NCBI GenBank assembly: GCA_964016885.1
Contig: OZ024751.1
Span: 36,642,001 to 36,706,000, forward strand
Origin: Eledone cirrhosa
Lineage: Eukaryota
Reading direction: 5' to 3'
Length of the DNA stretch: 64,000 nt
Shown: positions 60,979-64,000 of the stretch, piece by piece
Layout: every line of letters begins with the position of its first letter
Position numbering within the stretch: the stretch's first letter is position 1
Notes under the pieces: generated by a model
Told to the model about the DNA's origin: nothing
What the model saw: only the letters and a program-made list of their open reading frames with translations
Database searches by the model: none
Translations under genes and position numbers: made by a program

Positions 60979-61720
60979 GTGCTGCTGTCGGTGGTGAGGG
61001 TGGTGCTGCTGCTGTCAGTGGTGAGGGTGTTGCTGCTGTCGGTAGTGAGGGTGGTGCTGCTGTCGGTGGTGAGGGTGTTGCTGCTGTCGGTGGTGAGGGT
61101 GTTGCTGCTGTCGGTGGCGAGGGTGTTGCTGCTGTTGTTGGTGAGGGTGGTGTTGCTGTTGTTGGTGAGGGTGGTGTTGCTGTTGTTGGTGAGGGTGGTG
61201 CTGCTGTCGGTGGTGAGGATGTTGCTGTTGTCGTTGGTGAGGGTGGTGCTGCTGTCGTTGGTGAGGGTGTTGCTGCTGTCGGTGGTGAGGGTGTTGCTGC
61301 TGTCGCTGGTGAGGGTGTTGCTGCTGTCGCTGGTGAGGGTGTTGCTGCTGTCAGTGGTGAGGGTGTTGCTGTTGCTGGTGAGGGTGTTGCTGCTGTCGGT
61401 GAGGGTGTTGCTACTGTCGGTGGTGAGGGTGTTGCTGCTGTGTTGGTGAGGGTGTTGCTACTGTCGGTGAGGGTGTTGCTACTGTCGGTGGTGAGGGTGT
61501 TGCTGCTGTGTTGGTGAGGGTGTTGCTACTGTCGGTGAGGGTGTTGCTACTGTCGGTGGTGAGGGTGTTGCTGCTGTGTTGGTGAGGGTGTTGCTGCTGT
61601 CGGTGGTGAGGATGTTGCTACTGTCGGTGAGGGTGTTGCTGCTGTCGGTGGTGAGGGTGGTGCTGCTGTTGTTGCTGCTGTCGATGAGGGTGTTGCTGGT
61701 GAGGGTGTTGCTGCTGTCAG
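60979..61720. repeat. ~21-24-bp GC-rich minisatellite (gctgctgtcggtggtgagggtgtt)
   Basis: Read directly. Confidence 0.93.
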
Positions 61721-61970
61721 TGGTGATGGTGCTGCTGCTGTAACTGGTGATGGTGTTGTTGCTGCAGGTGAAGATGGTGCTGATGGTCGATTTTCAGCTG
61801 GTCAACGTGTACGTGTACATGTATATATATATATATGTATGTATATATGTGTATGTGTGTGTATATGTGTATATATATGTGTATGTGTATGTATATGTAT
61901 ATATATGTATATGTATGTGTCGGGGTATATGTATCCATCTATCTGTCTAAATATATATATATATACAAAT

Positions 61971-62039
<69 letters not shown>

Positions 62040-62112
62040 ATACATATATATATATAATATATATATATACATATATATATATACATATATATATATAATA
62101 TATATATATATT

Positions 62113-62240
<128 letters not shown>

Positions 62241-62265
62241 ATATATATATATACATATATATATA

Positions 62266-62318
<53 letters not shown>

Positions 62319-62552
62319 TATATACATATATATATATATATAATATATATATATATAATATGCTTGTATATGGTGGTAGAGGGTGTGGGGATGTAACAGG
62401 AGGAGGAGGAGGCGGGGGGGGGGGGGGGGGGGCATGCTATTGTAACCGCCATTTCTTTGATGTTTTAATTAATACATGGTCATGAATATTCGGCTAGCAA
62501 GCCGATCAATGATGAAGTTTGGTGGCTTTTTCTACTAGGTTACTTGTTATTA

Positions 62553-62887
62553 ACACCACCACCATCACCATCATCACCGTCACCATCACCACCATCATCA
62601 TCACCATCATCACCGTCAACATCATCATCACCACCACCATCACCATCATCACCACCATCACCATCATCACCATCATCACCGTCACCATCACCACCACCAT
62701 CACCATCATCATCACCGTCACCATCATCATCACCATCATCACCATCATCACCGTCACCATCACCACCATCATCATCACCATCATCACCGTCACCATCATC
62801 ATCACCACCACCATCACCATCATCACCACCATCACCATCATCACCGTCACCATCACCACCACCATCACCATCATCATCACCGCCACC

Positions 62888-62943
<56 letters not shown>

Positions 62944-63233
62944 CATCATCATTGCCATCCTCACCATTACCATCATCATCATCATCATCATCATTGCCAT
63001 CCTCACCATTACCATCATCATCATCATCATTATCATCATTACCATCATCATTACCATCATCATTGCCATCATTATTACCATCACCCCCCCCCCCACACCA
63101 TCACTCTCACATCATCATCATCATCATCATCATCAATTATCATCTCAATTATTATTATTTTTTACTAATATTATTATTATCGTTATTATTACTACTACTA
63201 CTACAACTACTACTACTAGTAGTAGTAGTAGTC

Positions 63234-63284
<51 letters not shown>

Positions 63285-64000
63285 TTGTTGTTGTTCCTTT
63301 TATTTATTTCGTTATAATATTGTGTCTGTTTATTATATTATACTGTATTGTATTATACTGTATTATATTATATTATATCATATCATATTATATTATATCA
63401 TATTATATTATATTATATTATATTATATTATATCATATCATATTATATTATATCATATTATATTATATTATATTATATCATATTATATTATATTATATTA
63501 TATTATATTATATTATATTATATCATATCATATTATATCATATTAGATCATATTATATCATATTATATTATATTATATTATATTATATTATATTATATTA
63601 TATTATATTATATTATATTATATTATATCATATATATCATATTATATTATATTATATTGTATTATAATGTATTATATTATATTATATTATATTATATTAT
63701 ATTATATTATATTATATTATATTTATTATACAGTATTGTATTATATTATATTATATTATATTATATTATACTGTATTGTATTATATTATATTATATTATA
63801 TTATATTGTATTGTATTGTATTGTATTGTATTGTATTGTATTATATTATATTGTATTATACTGTATTGTATTATATTATATTATATTATATTATATTATA
63901 TTATATTATATTATACTGTATTGTATTATATTATATTATATTGTATTATATTATATTATATTATACTGTATTGTATTATATTATATTATATTATATTATA
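62553..64000. repeat. (CAC/CAT)n, (TAT/TAC/TAG)n and (TATAT/ATATT)n pentamer arrays
   Basis: Read directly. Confidence 0.95.

Overview
Repeat-saturated, apparently non-coding eukaryotic DNA. The microsatellite load and SINE types resemble a coleoid cephalopod such as Octopus; this is inferred from memory, not from a search. I recognise no intact host gene. Almost every ORF in the track is a microsatellite translation, and the only real coding remnants are decayed RTE-like and CRE/RLE-like retrotransposon fragments. Main result: many short islands between (TA)n runs belong to at least 7 sequence-unrelated families of small elements (my labels A-K) with a shared architecture, (TA)n-[inverted arm][arm][3' tail]-(TA)n. 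Their arms carry type I hammerhead ribozyme motifs (CUGANGA...GAAA...NUH). The motif is complete in families C, D, E and F, reduced to its 3' half in A and G, and degenerate in H and J. Several tails begin with an RCTC-Nn-GAGYRC stem-loop 5-6 nt past the end of the inverted arm. The best interpretation is fold-back, (TA)n-associated derivatives of Penelope-like element (PLE) pseudo-LTRs. All folds and alignments were done by eye.
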